Positions 27,072 through 38,005 are shown, counted from the first letter of the stretch. The stretch: 64,000 nt of DNA from an uncultured Chloroflexia bacterium (GCA_963728205.1 CAVSIV010000006.1:1664001-1728000), one strand, 5' to 3'. A program made the numbers and translations. The notes: generated from the sequence alone by a model not told the origin.

Positions 27072-30000
27072 TCAGTCGCCCGCCGGCACGGGCGGCGCGA
27101 AGTGGCCGCCGGGACCGCGGAACCGCAGGTTCGCGGTCGCGTCCTCCGGCAGGCCGTCAATCAGGACGATGCTCTTGCCCGGCTGCGCGGGAACGCGCGG
27201 CCCGTGGATCGCGATGCCGGTGAGGTTCGCGGGGTCGACGGCGCTGATCGTGACGCGCGTGCCGGCGGGCGGCTCGCGGCGGACGCGCCGCAGGATGGTC
27301 ACCGCCTCGGGCAGCGCGTACTGCTCGCCGACGAACCCGCCCACGAACCGGCCGCCGCGCACGGTGCCGCGCGCTTCCATGCGGCGCATCGCGCGCAGCA
27401 CCTCGCGCCACGGCAGCGCCACGCTCTCCTGTCGCGCAAGGTCGCGGAAGACGACGCCGTAGCGCCGCAGCAGCAGCATCGCGCGCGTGCTCGGCGAGCT
27501 CGTCGAATTCGTCCGACGGGGTCGACCTCGGGTGCGCGGACGAGCGACCAGCGGCCGGGTGGTCCGCCACCCGCGAACATGCCGCCGCGCAGGTAGTTCC
27601 CGCCGCGCGGCGCGCGCCGCCGAGCCGGACCGGCGCCCATGGCGTCGCTTCCGCCGGCGATCTCGCGCAGTCCCTGGAAGCCGTCGGAGGCGACCGAGCC
27701 GCCCGCGATCAGCTCGCGCAGCCCCTGCTCGACGTCGCTCGCCAGGCGGCGCGTCGCGGTCACGATCTCGTCGAAGAAGAGTGCGCCGCGCTCGGCGAGC
27801 AGCGCGTCGATCTCGCCGGCCGCGCCGGCGGTCGGCGGCGCTGCGGCCTCCGAGCCGCTTCCGCTCGCGGCTCCGCCGCGGGGCGGCCGCCGCGCACGGC
27901 CGCGAGCAGCGCCGGCAGGTCGCCGCGCGCGGCGAGCGTGACCGGGGTGGCGCGCGTCGCGGCGGTCGTGCTGGCGCGCGCGCCCTCGGCCGCGGCGCGG
28001 CGTGGCGTGAGGCGCGCCCACGCGACCTCGCCGGCGAGGCAGAGCTCGTCGAGCCACGGCGGCTGGTAGTCGCGCACGCGCGCCGCGATCAGCTCGGGCT
28101 CCCACGCGCCGGCCGGCGCCTCGAAGCCCTGCAGTCGCACGAGCGCCTCGCGCACCCCGCCGCGGCCGTGCAGCTGCTGGCCGGGCTCGAGGTGCTGCCA
28201 CCGCAGCAGGAACCGCATGAAGTCCTGCTGCGAGACCGGGTCGATCTCGCGGCGCAGCCGCTCGAGCGTGTAGCGGTGGATGCGGGCGAGCAGGCGACGG
28301 TCGCAGTATTCGGTCTCGGGCGGCATCTCCGATGCTGGAAGAGGCTTCGCCTGCGGCTCGCCGGGGGCGGGCGGCGTGAACGTCCCGGACAGGACATCAC
28401 CGCCGGCCTCGAGCATCGTCAGACCGTGCCGCGCGTCGTCGACGGCGAGACCGGCGCGCGCGGCGAACTCGGACGCGGTCGCGACGCCGATCGCCTCGGC
28501 GTGCCCGCGCAGCAGCAGCATGCGCGCGGCCTCGCGATGCTCGACGCGCGTCGCGACGCCGTCCGGCAGCGCGAGCGCCGGCAGCGCGGCGTCGGGGTAG
28601 AGCAGCCGCACGACGTCCCGGTGCTCGGCGGGGAACCACAGCCGCGCGCCCGCGTGCTCGAAGACGCCGGCGCGCCCGTCGGCGGCGAGCGCGTCGAGCC
28701 ACTCGCTCCAGTCGGCGACGACCGGCTCGGCGACCGCGACGAGCCCGAGCAGCGCGTCGTGCACCTCCTCGGCGTCGCGCGGGTCGGGCCACGCCTCGTC
28801 GGCCACCCGCGCGATCGCCTCGGCGTCGAGCGCGCCCAGGTCGCGCGCGTCCTCGGGGAGCGTGCGGCGCAGCGTGACCGCGCGCGTGCGGCGCTCCTCG
28901 ATCGGCGCGTCGTCGAGGTACGTGTACGGCCGCCCGGTCACGATCTCGTGCGCCATCGGCGACGGCTCGACGGTGTCGCGCGCGTGGTAGCGGATATCGC
29001 CGCGCTCGACCCGCTCCAGCACGTCGACCAGCCCCGGCACGTCCATCGCCTCGACGAGGCAGTCGCGCATCGTCTGGTGCATCAGCGGGTGATCGGGGAG
29101 CGTGAGCGGGCCGGTCACGTTCTCCTGGCAGCCGACCTGCTCGGGGAAGACCGCCGCCATCAGGTCGTCGGCGCGCATGCGCTGCACGAACGGCGGCACG
29201 CGCCGCCCGCCGCGCTGCCGCGGCACCGCCAGCGCGCGCGTCGCGTTCCAGCGCCAGCGCGTCGGCCACAGCGGCACGTAGAACACCGACTGCTGCACGG
29301 ACTGCTCGGCGTTGCGCGACGTCACCCACTCGATATGCCTCTTCGAGCGGCCACGAGTGCTGCGGGCCGGCCGAGAGCAGGATCGCGTTGTCGTTCGCCG
29401 CGGCCTGCAGCTCGAAGTCGAACGCGACGCAGAACCGCTTGCGCAGCGCGAGCCCCCATGCGCGGTTGATGCGCATGCCGAACGGCGCATGCACGACGAG
29501 CTGCATCCCGCCGGAGTCGTCGAAGAAGCGCTCGAACACGACGTCGGTGTCCGACGGCACGACGCCGAGTCCGTCTCGCGTCGCGCGCACGTAATCGATC
29601 ATCTGCTGCGCGCCGAGTTCCGTGAGCGCGCACTCGGCCTGCAATCGCTCGCGGAGAGACTGCCTGTCGTCCAGCCCCGCGCCGATATCCCGCCGCAGCT
29701 GCCCGACTTCCTCCGACAGCTCCACGGTCCGCCCGGGCGCCTCGCCGAGCCAGAACGGGATCGTCGGCGGCGCACCCTGCGCGTTCGTCACGCGCACCGT
29801 CGACTGCTCGACGCGCTGGATGCGCCACGACGTCGAGCCGAGCAGGAAGATGTCGCCTGCCTGGCTCTCCATCGCGAAGTCCTCGTTCACCGAGCCGACG
29901 GTGACGTCCTCCGGCTCGGCGACGACGCGGTAGTCGCCCATCTCGGGGATCGTCCCGCCGTTGGTGATCGCGGTGAGGCGCGCGCCGCGGCGGCCGCGGA

Positions 30001-31441
30001 CGACGCCGTTGATGCGGTCGCGATGGATCAGCGCCGGCGCGCGACCGGCGCCGTCGCCCAGGCCGTCCGCCAGCATCTGCACGATCTCGTCGAAGTCCTC
30101 GCGCGCCAGCGACGCGAACGGCGCGGCGCGTCGCGCGAGCGCGAAGAGGTCGTCCTCGCGCCAGTCCTCGCACGCCGCCTCGGCGACGATCTGCTGCGCG
30201 AGGACGTCGAGCGGCGCGACCGGCTGCTGGATGCGGTCGAGCCGCCCGGCGCGCACCGCGCGCACGAGCGCCGCGCACTCGATCAGCTCGTCGCGTGACG
30301 TCGGGAACAGCCGGCCGTGCGGGCGCAGGCCGAGCGCATGGCCGGAGCGGCCGATGCGCTGCAGGAACGTCGCGATCGCGCGCGGCGAGCCGACCTGGCA
30401 GACGAGGTCGATCGCGCCGATGTCGATGCCGAGCTCGAGCGAAGCGGTCGCGACGAGCGCCTTGAGGTCGCCCGCCTTCAGCCGCTGCTCGACGCGCAGG
30501 CGGCGCTCGCGCGACAGCGAGCCGTGGTGGCTCGCGACCATGTCCTCGCCGAGCCGCAGCGCGAGGTGGTGCGCGACGCGCTCGGACAGCGCGCGCGTGT
30601 TCACGAAGATCAGCGTCGTGCGGTGGCCGGCGACCAGCTGGGCGAGCCGGTCGTAGATGTCGGCGAACTGCTCCTTCGACGGCACCGCTTCGAGGTCGCT
30701 CGGCGGCACCTCGACGTGCAGCTCGAGGTCGCGCTGGTGGCCGAGGTCGACCACCTCGCACGGCCGGTCCGCGCCGACGAGGAAGCGCGCGATGTCCTCG
30801 ATCGGCCGCTGCGTCGCGGAGAGGCCGATGCGGGCCGGCGGGGCGCCGGCCGCGATGTGCTCGAGGCGCTCGAGCGACAGCGCGAGGTGGCTGCCGCGGC
30901 GGTCGCGGGCGAGCGCGTGGATCTCGTCGACGATCACGGTGCGAACGTGGCGCAGCGTCTCGCGGCCGCGTTCCGCGGTGAGCAGCAGGTAGAGCGACTC
31001 CGGCGTGGTGATCAGGATGTGGGGCGGGCGGCGGACCATCGCCTGCCGCTCGGACTGCGGCGTGTCGCCGGTGCGCACGCCGGTCCTGATCGCCGGCGGG
31101 ACGAGCCCGAGCTCCGCGGCCACCTCGGCGATGCCGGCGAGCGGCTCCTCGAGGTTGCGCTGGATGTCGTTGCCCAGGGCCTTCAGCGGCGAGACGTAGA
31201 GGATGGACGTCTCGTCGGCCAGCTCGCCGCGCTCCGCCGCGCGGAAGAGCGCGTCGATGCCGACGAGGAACGCGGCCAAGGTCTTGCCGGACCCGGTCGG
31301 CGCTGCCAGCAGCGTGTTGCGGCGCGCGAGGATGTGCGGCCACCCGGCGATCTGCGCGTCGGTAGGCGCGCCGAAGCGGCGGCGGAACCACTCGCGAACC
31401 GCCGGGTGCAGGGCGTCGAGCATCGAGGCGTCGTCGGTCAC
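27072..31441 (-). pseudogene. lhr: Lhr-family DEAD/DEAH helicase with four apparent single-base frameshifts (pseudogene or assembly error)
   Basis: [52 protein letters not shown]; frame breaks near 29334, 27880, 27518, 27485. Confidence 0.85.
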
Positions 31442-31458
31442 GTGTCCCCCGCGCATCC

Positions 31459-31470
31459 GAACATCCGTAC
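31459..31470. promoter_or_regulatory. LexA/SOS box upstream of lhr
   Basis: GAAC-ATCC-GTAC, one mismatch from GAAC-N4-GTTC, overlapping a TACAGT -10 on the minus strand. Confidence 0.65.
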
Positions 31471-31531
31471 TGTATCGCGTTTCCGGGCGCGCGGCAGGCC
31501 TCGGGTCCGCCGTGGATCGCGATCCACCGTC

Positions 31532-31619
31532 AAGCGGCGGCAGACATGCCGCCGACAGGACGCGGACGCAGTGCGCGGCTGATGCCGCGCTTCTGTCGGC
31601 GGCATATCTGCCGCCGCTT
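31532..31619. repeat. REPIN family A copy 3
   Basis: Same arms; spacer homologous to copies at 26949 and 54507. Confidence 0.9.
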
Positions 31620-31724
31620 CGGCTTTCGGCGAAGCCGAGACCTGCCGTACGCCCGATTTGGACGCGTGCACTCCGTATGTGCTAGAAACCGAGCCGCCAC
31701 CGCCCCCGGTTCCACGGAGTCGCA

Positions 31725-32690
31725 ATGCCCCTCGACCCCGTTGCCCGCAAGCTGCTCGACACCTTCGCGTCGGCAGGTCTCCCGCCGATGCACACCCTCC
31801 CGGCCGCGACCGCTCGCGAGATGTCCCGCGCCGGGCAGGCCAACGTGCCGCCCGGCCCCGATGTCGCGCACGTCGAGAATCGCACCGTGCCCGGTCCCGC
31901 CGGCGAGATCCCGGTGCGCGTCTACCGCCCGGGCGACCGGCCCGACCTGCCCGTCCTCGTCTGGTACCACGGCGGCGGCTGGGTGATCGGCGACCTCGAG
32001 TCCATCGATGCGACCTGCCGCCGCCTCTGCCTCCTCGCCGAGGCGGCGGTGGTCTCGGTCGACTACCGCCTGGCCCCCGAGCACCCCGCGCCGGCCGCGG
32101 CCGAGGACGCCTACGCGGCGCTCCAGTGGGTCGCCGCGCATGCCGCCGAGCTGGGCGGCGATCCCGCGCGCGTCGCGGTCGGCGGCGAGAGCGCCGGCGG
32201 CAACCTCGCGGCCGTCGTCTCGCTGCTCGCGCGCGACCGCGGCGGCCCGGCGATCGCGCACCAGGTGCTCGTCTACCCCGTCACCGACTGCGCGATGGAC
32301 ACGGCGTCGTACGCGGAGAACCGCGAGTACCTGCTCACCCCCGAGCTGATGACCTGGTTCTGGGACCAGTACGCCCCGCGGGGCATCGACCGCGCCGCAC
32401 CGATCATCTCGCCGCTGCGCGCCGCAGACCTGTCCGGACTGCCGTCGGCGCACGTCCTCACCGCGGAGTTCGACCCGCTGCGCGACGAGGGGCGCGCCTA
32501 CGCCGACCGCCTCCGCGCCGCCGGCGTCCCGGTTCGCTACGAGAACTACGACGGCCAGATCCACACGTTCTTCACGTCGGCCCACGTGTTCGACGCCGGC
32601 GCGCGCGCCGTCGCGGCCGTCGCCGAGCAGCTGCGCACCGTCTTCGCCGCGGGGGAGACGCCCGGCGCGGGCGCCGCGCCGGCCCCTTGA
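31725..32690 (+). CDS. HSL-family esterase (alpha/beta hydrolase fold 3)
   Basis: YHGGGW, DYRLAPEHP, GESAGG, FDPLRDEG, IHTF. Confidence 0.93.
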   Translation: MPLDPVARKLLDTFASAGLPPMHTLPAATAREMSRAGQANVPPGPDVAHVENRTVPGPAGEIPVRVYRPGDRPDLPVLVWYHGGGWVIGDLESIDATCRRLCLLAEAAVVSVDYRLAPEHPAPAAAEDAYAALQWVAAHAAELGGDPARVAVGGESAGGNLAAVVSLLARDRGGPAIAHQVLVYPVTDCAMDTASYAENREYLLTPELMTWFWDQYAPRGIDRAAPIISPLRAADLSGLPSAHVLTAEFDPLRDEGRAYADRLRAAGVPVRYENYDGQIHTFFTSAHVFDAGARAVAAVAEQLRTVFAAGETPGAGAAPAP

Positions 32691-32749
32691 GCGGGGCGCG
32701 CATCATCGAGAGAGCCGCCCGGCGCCCCCCGGGCTGAGAGGACACGACG

Positions 32750-34078
32750 ATGAAGCTCGAGATGTTCCACCTCCACCCCTACCGCGACCTCCCGGACGAC
32801 TTCCCGGAGCGCTACCGCAGCGTGTGGGTGGACGTGCCGCACGAGCTCTTCGACCCGGTCAAGGCGCACCAGATGTACAACGACACGCTCGACGAGCTCG
32901 AGTACGCCGCGTCGATGGGCTTCGACGGCATCTGCGTGAACGAGCACCACCAGAACGCCTACGGCTACATGCCGTCGCCGAACATCATGGCCGCGTCGCT
33001 CGCCCGCCGGACGAAGGACGTCGCCATCATCGTGATGGGCAACTCCATCGCGCTCTACAACCCTCCCACGCGCGTCGCCGAGGAGATGGCGATGCTCGAC
33101 TGCATCAGCGGCGGGCGCATGGTGTCGGGCTTCCCGACCGGCACGTCGATGGACACGAACTACGCCTACGGCACGAACCCCGCGCAGCTGCGCGACAAGT
33201 ACTACGAGGCCGCCGACCTGATCGTGAAGGCGTGGACCGAGGATGACGTCTTCGCCTGGGACGGCCGCTTCTTCCAGCTGCGCTACGTGAACATCTGGCC
33301 GCGCCCGATCCAGCAGCCGCACCCGCCGATCTGGGTCCCCGGCGCCGGCTCGATCGAGACGTGGGACTGGTGCCTGCAGAAGAACTACAACTACGCGTAC
33401 CTCTCCTACTCCGGCTTCAAGCGCGGCAAGCAGGTGATGGACGGCTTCTGGGCGAAGGCCGCCGAGCTGGGCGTCGACCGCAACCCGTACCGCGCCGGCT
33501 TCCTGCAGCTGGTGGTCGTCGGCGACAGCGAGGACGAGCTGCGCGAGAAGTACGCACCGCACGTCGAGTACTTCTACCAGAAGATGCTGCACGTCTATCC
33601 CGGCTTCGGCGACGCGCCCGGCTACCGCACGCTGAACACGCTGCGCGCCGGCCTGCTCGCCCAGACGGGCCGTTTCGGCGAGCGCCCGCCGACGCCGACG
33701 TGGGACAACCTGCGCGAGGGCGGCAACGTGATCGCCGGCACCGCGAAGCAGGTCGCCGAGCAGCTCGAGGCGGTGGCGAAGGACCTCAACGTCGGCCACC
33801 TGATGCTGCTCTGCCAGATCGGCTCGCTGCCCCACGACCTCGCGATGGAGAACATCAAGCGCACCGCGACGAAGGTTGTTCCGAAGCTGCGCGGGGTCTT
33901 CTCGGAGTGGGACGACCAGTGGTGGCCGCACATGCTCGAGAAGAAGCGCCGCGTCGAGCAGCAGCCGATGTTCACGAAGTACACGGGCGCGGCGAAGGCG
34001 AACGGCGCCGCGAAGGCGGGTGCGAACGGCAAGGCGAAGGCGAAGGCGAAGAAGGCAAAGGCGGCGGTCAAGCCCTAG
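32750..34078 (+). CDS. luciferase-like (LLM) flavin-dependent monooxygenase with Lys/Ala-rich tail
   Basis: GFDGICVNEHHQ, RVAEEMAMLDCISGGR, WPRPIQQPHPPIW. Confidence 0.92.
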   Translation: MKLEMFHLHPYRDLPDDFPERYRSVWVDVPHELFDPVKAHQMYNDTLDELEYAASMGFDGICVNEHHQNAYGYMPSPNIMAASLARRTKDVAIIVMGNSIALYNPPTRVAEEMAMLDCISGGRMVSGFPTGTSMDTNYAYGTNPAQLRDKYYEAADLIVKAWTEDDVFAWDGRFFQLRYVNIWPRPIQQPHPPIWVPGAGSIETWDWCLQKNYNYAYLSYSGFKRGKQVMDGFWAKAAELGVDRNPYRAGFLQLVVVGDSEDELREKYAPHVEYFYQKMLHVYPGFGDAPGYRTLNTLRAGLLAQTGRFGERPPTPTWDNLREGGNVIAGTAKQVAEQLEAVAKDLNVGHLMLLCQIGSLPHDLAMENIKRTATKVVPKLRGVFSEWDDQWWPHMLEKKRRVEQQPMFTKYTGAAKANGAAKAGANGKAKAKAKKAKAAVKP

Positions 34079-34097
34079 CCGCACCACCGACGGCGAA

Positions 34098-34122
34098 CAG
34101 CGGGGCTGGCCCCCGCTGCTTT
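34098..34122 (+). terminator. hairpin after LLM gene
   Basis: CAGCGGGG-CTGGC-CCCCGCTG followed by CTTT. Confidence 0.5.
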
Positions 34123-34162
34123 CGCCCGCCCACACGATGCAAACGTTCAGGGGGCACAAGTC

Positions 34163-34972
34163 ATGAGCGAACGCCAGGTCGACGTCGCGAACGGGCGCTT
34201 CCAGGTCAGCGTCGTCGAGGAAGGGAGCGGCCCGCCGCTGCTCTTCCTGCACGGCATCAGCGGCCTCAACTGGGACGACTCGCTCGACGCGCTCGCGCGG
34301 AGCCACCGCGTGATCGCGCCGCGCCACCCCGGCTACGGCGACGCCAGCCAGGATGAGCTCGACACCGTGTCCGACCTCGTCTACTCGTACCTCGACCTGC
34401 TCGACGCGCTCGACCTGGACGGCGTCCCGATGGTGGGCCACTCGCTCGGCGGCATGATCGCGGCCGAGCTTGCGGCGACGCAGCCGAAGCGCTTCTCGAA
34501 GCTCGTGCTGCTCGCGCCGATGGGTTTCTTCCACCTCGACCGCCCGACGTTCGACTTCTTCGCGTGCACGCCGCGCGAGATGGCGGCCGCGTTCTTCAGC
34601 GACCCCGACTCCGCGGCGGCGCAGTCCGCCGGCGACCGCGGCCTCGCGCGCATCGCGCAGGTCGGCCACGAGTCGCAGGAGGGCCGCGAGCTGATCGAGG
34701 TCTACGTCGAGCGCACGAAGACGCTCGCCACCGCCGCGAAGTACCTCTGGCCGATCCCGAACCGCGGGCTCGGCAAGCGCATCCACCGCATCTCCGCGCC
34801 GACCCTCGTCGTATGGGGCGAGCAGGATCACGTCGTCCCGCCGTCCTATGCCGACGACTTCACGCGGGGCATCAGGGGCGCGCGCTGCGAGCTGATCCCC
34901 GGTGCCGGCCACGAGCTGATGCTCGAGCAGCCGGGGCGCGTGGTGGAGCTGATCGAGCAGTTCATCGGGTAG
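34163..34972 (+). CDS. alpha/beta hydrolase
   Basis: LLFLHG, GHSLGG, WGEQD, AGHE. Confidence 0.92.
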   Translation: MSERQVDVANGRFQVSVVEEGSGPPLLFLHGISGLNWDDSLDALARSHRVIAPRHPGYGDASQDELDTVSDLVYSYLDLLDALDLDGVPMVGHSLGGMIAAELAATQPKRFSKLVLLAPMGFFHLDRPTFDFFACTPREMAAAFFSDPDSAAAQSAGDRGLARIAQVGHESQEGRELIEVYVERTKTLATAAKYLWPIPNRGLGKRIHRISAPTLVVWGEQDHVVPPSYADDFTRGIRGARCELIPGAGHELMLEQPGRVVELIEQFIG

Positions 34973-35207
34973 GGCGTCCGGCCGGATCCGCGGCCGGCTG
35001 GTGTCGGCCGCCCGCGGCGAGCAGGGTGCGTCAGCGCGCTGTTTCTGGCGAGCGAGCCCACCGGCGCCGCAGGACGTCGCGTGACCTGCTCTCCCGGCCG
35101 AACACCCCTCCCGCGCCGCAGCGCGAGCGGCGACCCGCCTCCTACTTGTCCCTTGCCCGCTCGCCGAACAGACTGACCCCGTCCCGAACCGCCCGGAGGA
35201 GCGCACG

Positions 35208-35363
35208 ATGCTCGACTGGATTCCGTTCGCCGTCGCCGCCGTCGTCCTGCTGTGGGCGGCCGCCTCGTTCGCCATGGCCGCCACCGGGGGTCAGCGCGCC
35301 GGCCTGCACGAGATCGCGCCGCCGGAGCCGAGCATGCAGGACGAGCCGCCCCCGGCGGAGTAG
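35208..35363 (+). CDS. small membrane protein (51 aa, absent from ORF track)
   Basis: GGAGGA RBS; MLDWIPFAVAAVVLLWAAASFAMAATGG...PPPAE; GC3-rich codons. Confidence 0.7.
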   Translation: MLDWIPFAVAAVVLLWAAASFAMAATGGQRAGLHEIAPPEPSMQDEPPPAE

Positions 35364-35430
35364 CCCGTCGCGCCCCGGTGCTACGCTCCCGCCCCGTCCG
35401 AACCACGACGGTGCAGCGGAGGCGCATTCC

Positions 35431-36198
35431 ATGGGCGACACGGTCCTCTACGAGCGCGACGGTCGCGTCGCCACCATCACCTACAACCGCCCCGAAGCCC
35501 TCAACGCGATCAACTCCGAGCTGCGCGCCGACCTCAACGCAGCCTGGTCCCGCTTCCGCGACGACGAGGAGGCGTGGGTCGCCATCGTCACCGGCGCCGG
35601 CCGCGCCTTCAGCGCCGGCGCCGACCTGCGCGACCCGGCCGTCCAGCAGTCGGGCACCTTCTGGGAGGTGCCGTCGCTGACGTCGCTCGAGTCCGGCATG
35701 GAGATCTGGAAGCCGGTGATCGCGGCGGTGAACGGCTATGCGCTCGGCTTCGCGCTCACGCTCGTCGCGTCCTGCGACTTCGTGATCGCGAGCGAGCGCG
35801 CCGAGTTCGGCTTCCCGGAGGTGCGCATCGGCGTCCCGACCATCCAGGGCGCCGTGCGCATGCCGCGCCGCGTCGGCTGGCAGAACGCGATGGAGCTGCT
35901 GCTGATCGGCGAGCGGGTGAGCGCCGAGCGCGCGAAGGAGATGGGCCTCGTCTGGAAGATCGTCCCGCACGAGCAGCTGATGGACGAGGCGCGGGCGCTC
36001 GCGGCGCGGCTGCTGCAGTCGGCGCCCCTCGCCGTGCGCGCGACGAAGGAGGTCGCGTGGCGCGGCCAGGAGCTGCCCTTCGCCGAGGCCATCCGGTTCG
36101 GCGAGACGATGCGCCGCGTCGGCCGCGCGACCGAGGACGCGCAGGAGGGCCCGACCGCGTTCCGCGAGAAGCGCGCCCCGGAGTGGCAGGGGCGCTGA
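35431..36198 (+). CDS. enoyl-CoA hydratase/isomerase family protein
   Basis: YNRPEALNA, AFSAGADL, KPVIAAVNGYALG, FGFPEV. Confidence 0.92.
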   Translation: MGDTVLYERDGRVATITYNRPEALNAINSELRADLNAAWSRFRDDEEAWVAIVTGAGRAFSAGADLRDPAVQQSGTFWEVPSLTSLESGMEIWKPVIAAVNGYALGFALTLVASCDFVIASERAEFGFPEVRIGVPTIQGAVRMPRRVGWQNAMELLLIGERVSAERAKEMGLVWKIVPHEQLMDEARALAARLLQSAPLAVRATKEVAWRGQELPFAEAIRFGETMRRVGRATEDAQEGPTAFREKRAPEWQGR

Positions 36199-36213
36199 CC
36201 GCGATCGGCCGGT

Positions 36214-36431
36214 TCGAGCGGCACCAGGCAGGGCGCCGATCCCTCCCGAGCCGGGCGGTGTCCTCGGAGCGGGTCGGCCCACCATCGGGCCGCGCCCGCC
36301 TTCGTCCCGAACGCGCGCCGCGCCGCCACCCTCGGCGCGCGCGCCGTTCCGCTGCTCGCCGCCTTGCCCGTCTCACCCCGCGGTCCGCGAGTCGCGCGGG
36401 AGGGATCGGCACCCTCCCTGGTGCCGCTCGA
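36214..36431. repeat. REP family B inverted doublet
   Basis: TCGAGCGGCACCAGGCAGGGCGCCGATCCCTCCCG at 36214 and its reverse complement at 36397-36431. Confidence 0.85.
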
Positions 36432-36565
36432 GGCGGAGCGCTGCGAATCCGTTCGCAGCCCTACCTTCACGTTCACTGGAAACTTGCCCCATCACGCGCA
36501 TACAATTCCGCGCGTTGCGGACGGCCGAGAGCCGAGGCCGTCGCACGTATGGATGGAGGACCGCG

Positions 36566-37798
36566 TTGGTTGATTTCGCCGATACCCCGGACCAGGCCGA
36601 GTTCCGCACCCAGGTCGAGACCTTCCTCGAGAAGAACCTGCCGCCCGTCCTGACCGCGAGCCGCGATGAGGCGGCGTTCCGCGGCTTCATGGAGGAGGAC
36701 GGCACCGAGGAACGCGACGACCGCGCCAAGGCGCGCGCCGACGCGCTCAAGATCTGGCGCGCCGCCCTCGTCGACAAGGGCTGGATCGCGCCCGCGTGGC
36801 CGAAGGAGTACGGCGGCGCCAACCTCAGCCCGATGGAGCAGTTCATCATGAACGAGACGTTCACCGAGGCCCGGGCCCCGCGCCTCGGCGTCCCGGACGT
36901 CGGCTCCACGATCATGGTCCACGGCACCGACGAGCAGAAGAAGGAGTTCCTCCCGCCGATGGTGCGCGGGGAGACCCGGTGGTGCCAGGGCTACTCCGAG
37001 CCCGGCTCCGGCTCCGACCTCGCCTCGCTGCAGACCCGCGCCGTGCGCGACGGCGACGACTTCGTGATCAACGGCCAGAAGATCTGGACCTCCGGCGCGC
37101 ACCTCGCGAACATGATCTTCGCGCTCGTCCGCACCGACCCCGAGGCCCCGAAGCACCGCGGCATCACCTACCTGCTCTTCCCGATGAACCAGCCGGGCAT
37201 CTCGGTCCGGCCGCTCGTCCAGATGAGCGACGCCCGAGGCTTCAACGAGGTCTTCTTCGAGGACGTCCGCGTCCCGGTGAAGAACGCCGTCGGCGAGATC
37301 AACCGCGGCTGGTACGTCGGCGCCACGCACCTCGACTTCGAGCGGTCGTCGATTGGCTCCGCTATCGGCCAGCGCCAGATGCTCGACTCGCTGCGCTCGT
37401 ACCTGACGGAGCAGCGCGACGCGAAGAGCGGCATCGCGCGGCTCGAGGGCCCGGACTCGCCGCGGCTCGAGTTCGCCGACCGCTACATCGAGGCGGCCGT
37501 TGCGAAGACGCTGTCACAGCGCGTGATCTCGATGCAGGCCCGCGGCCTCATCCCCAACTACGAGGCCTCGATGACCAAGGTCTTCTCGACCGAGTTCAAC
37601 CAGCGCATCGCCCGCACCGCGACGAAGCTCCTCGGCAAGTACGGCGACGTCCGCAACGGCCCGAAGGACTACGTGCCGATGCGTGGCCGCTGGGCGACGA
37701 TGTATCTCTCGAGCGTGTCGTCGACGATCGCCGGCGGCACTTCGGAGATCCAGCGCAACGTGATCGCGACGCGCGGTCTTGGCCTGCCGCGCGGCTAG
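36566..37798 (+). CDS. acyl-CoA dehydrogenase family protein
   Basis: WCQGYSEPGSGSDLASL, TIAGGTSEIQRNVIA; TTG start after GGAGG; TACAAT at 36500. Confidence 0.93.
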   Translation: MVDFADTPDQAEFRTQVETFLEKNLPPVLTASRDEAAFRGFMEEDGTEERDDRAKARADALKIWRAALVDKGWIAPAWPKEYGGANLSPMEQFIMNETFTEARAPRLGVPDVGSTIMVHGTDEQKKEFLPPMVRGETRWCQGYSEPGSGSDLASLQTRAVRDGDDFVINGQKIWTSGAHLANMIFALVRTDPEAPKHRGITYLLFPMNQPGISVRPLVQMSDARGFNEVFFEDVRVPVKNAVGEINRGWYVGATHLDFERSSIGSAIGQRQMLDSLRSYLTEQRDAKSGIARLEGPDSPRLEFADRYIEAAVAKTLSQRVISMQARGLIPNYEASMTKVFSTEFNQRIARTATKLLGKYGDVRNGPKDYVPMRGRWATMYLSSVSSTIAGGTSEIQRNVIATRGLGLPRG

Positions 37799-37829
37799 CC
37801 CGCGCGCGCAACGGCTCCCGGCACGAAGA

Positions 37830-37857
37830 AGGGGCCCGTCCGATTGGACGGGCCCCT
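37830..37857. terminator. hairpin between convergent genes
   Basis: AGGGGCCCGTCC-GATT-GGACGGGCCCCT. Confidence 0.7.
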
Positions 37858-37908
37858 CCTAATCCGGCGGCGGCTGCTGCGCGGCCGGCCTGTCGGCGGA
37901 AGCCACGC

Positions 37909-37968
37909 CCCACAGCGGCGGCAGATATGCCGCCGACACGTCGGCGGCAGATATGCCGCCGCTGTGGG
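37909..37968. repeat. REPIN family A copy 4 (minimal spacer)
   Basis: CCCACAGCGGCGGCAGATATGCCGCCGACACGTCGGCGGCAGATATGCCGCCGCTGTGGG. Confidence 0.88.
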
Positions 37969-38005
37969 TCCGCGCGGGGCCTCGGGCCCGCCGCGCGCCC
38001 GGCGT

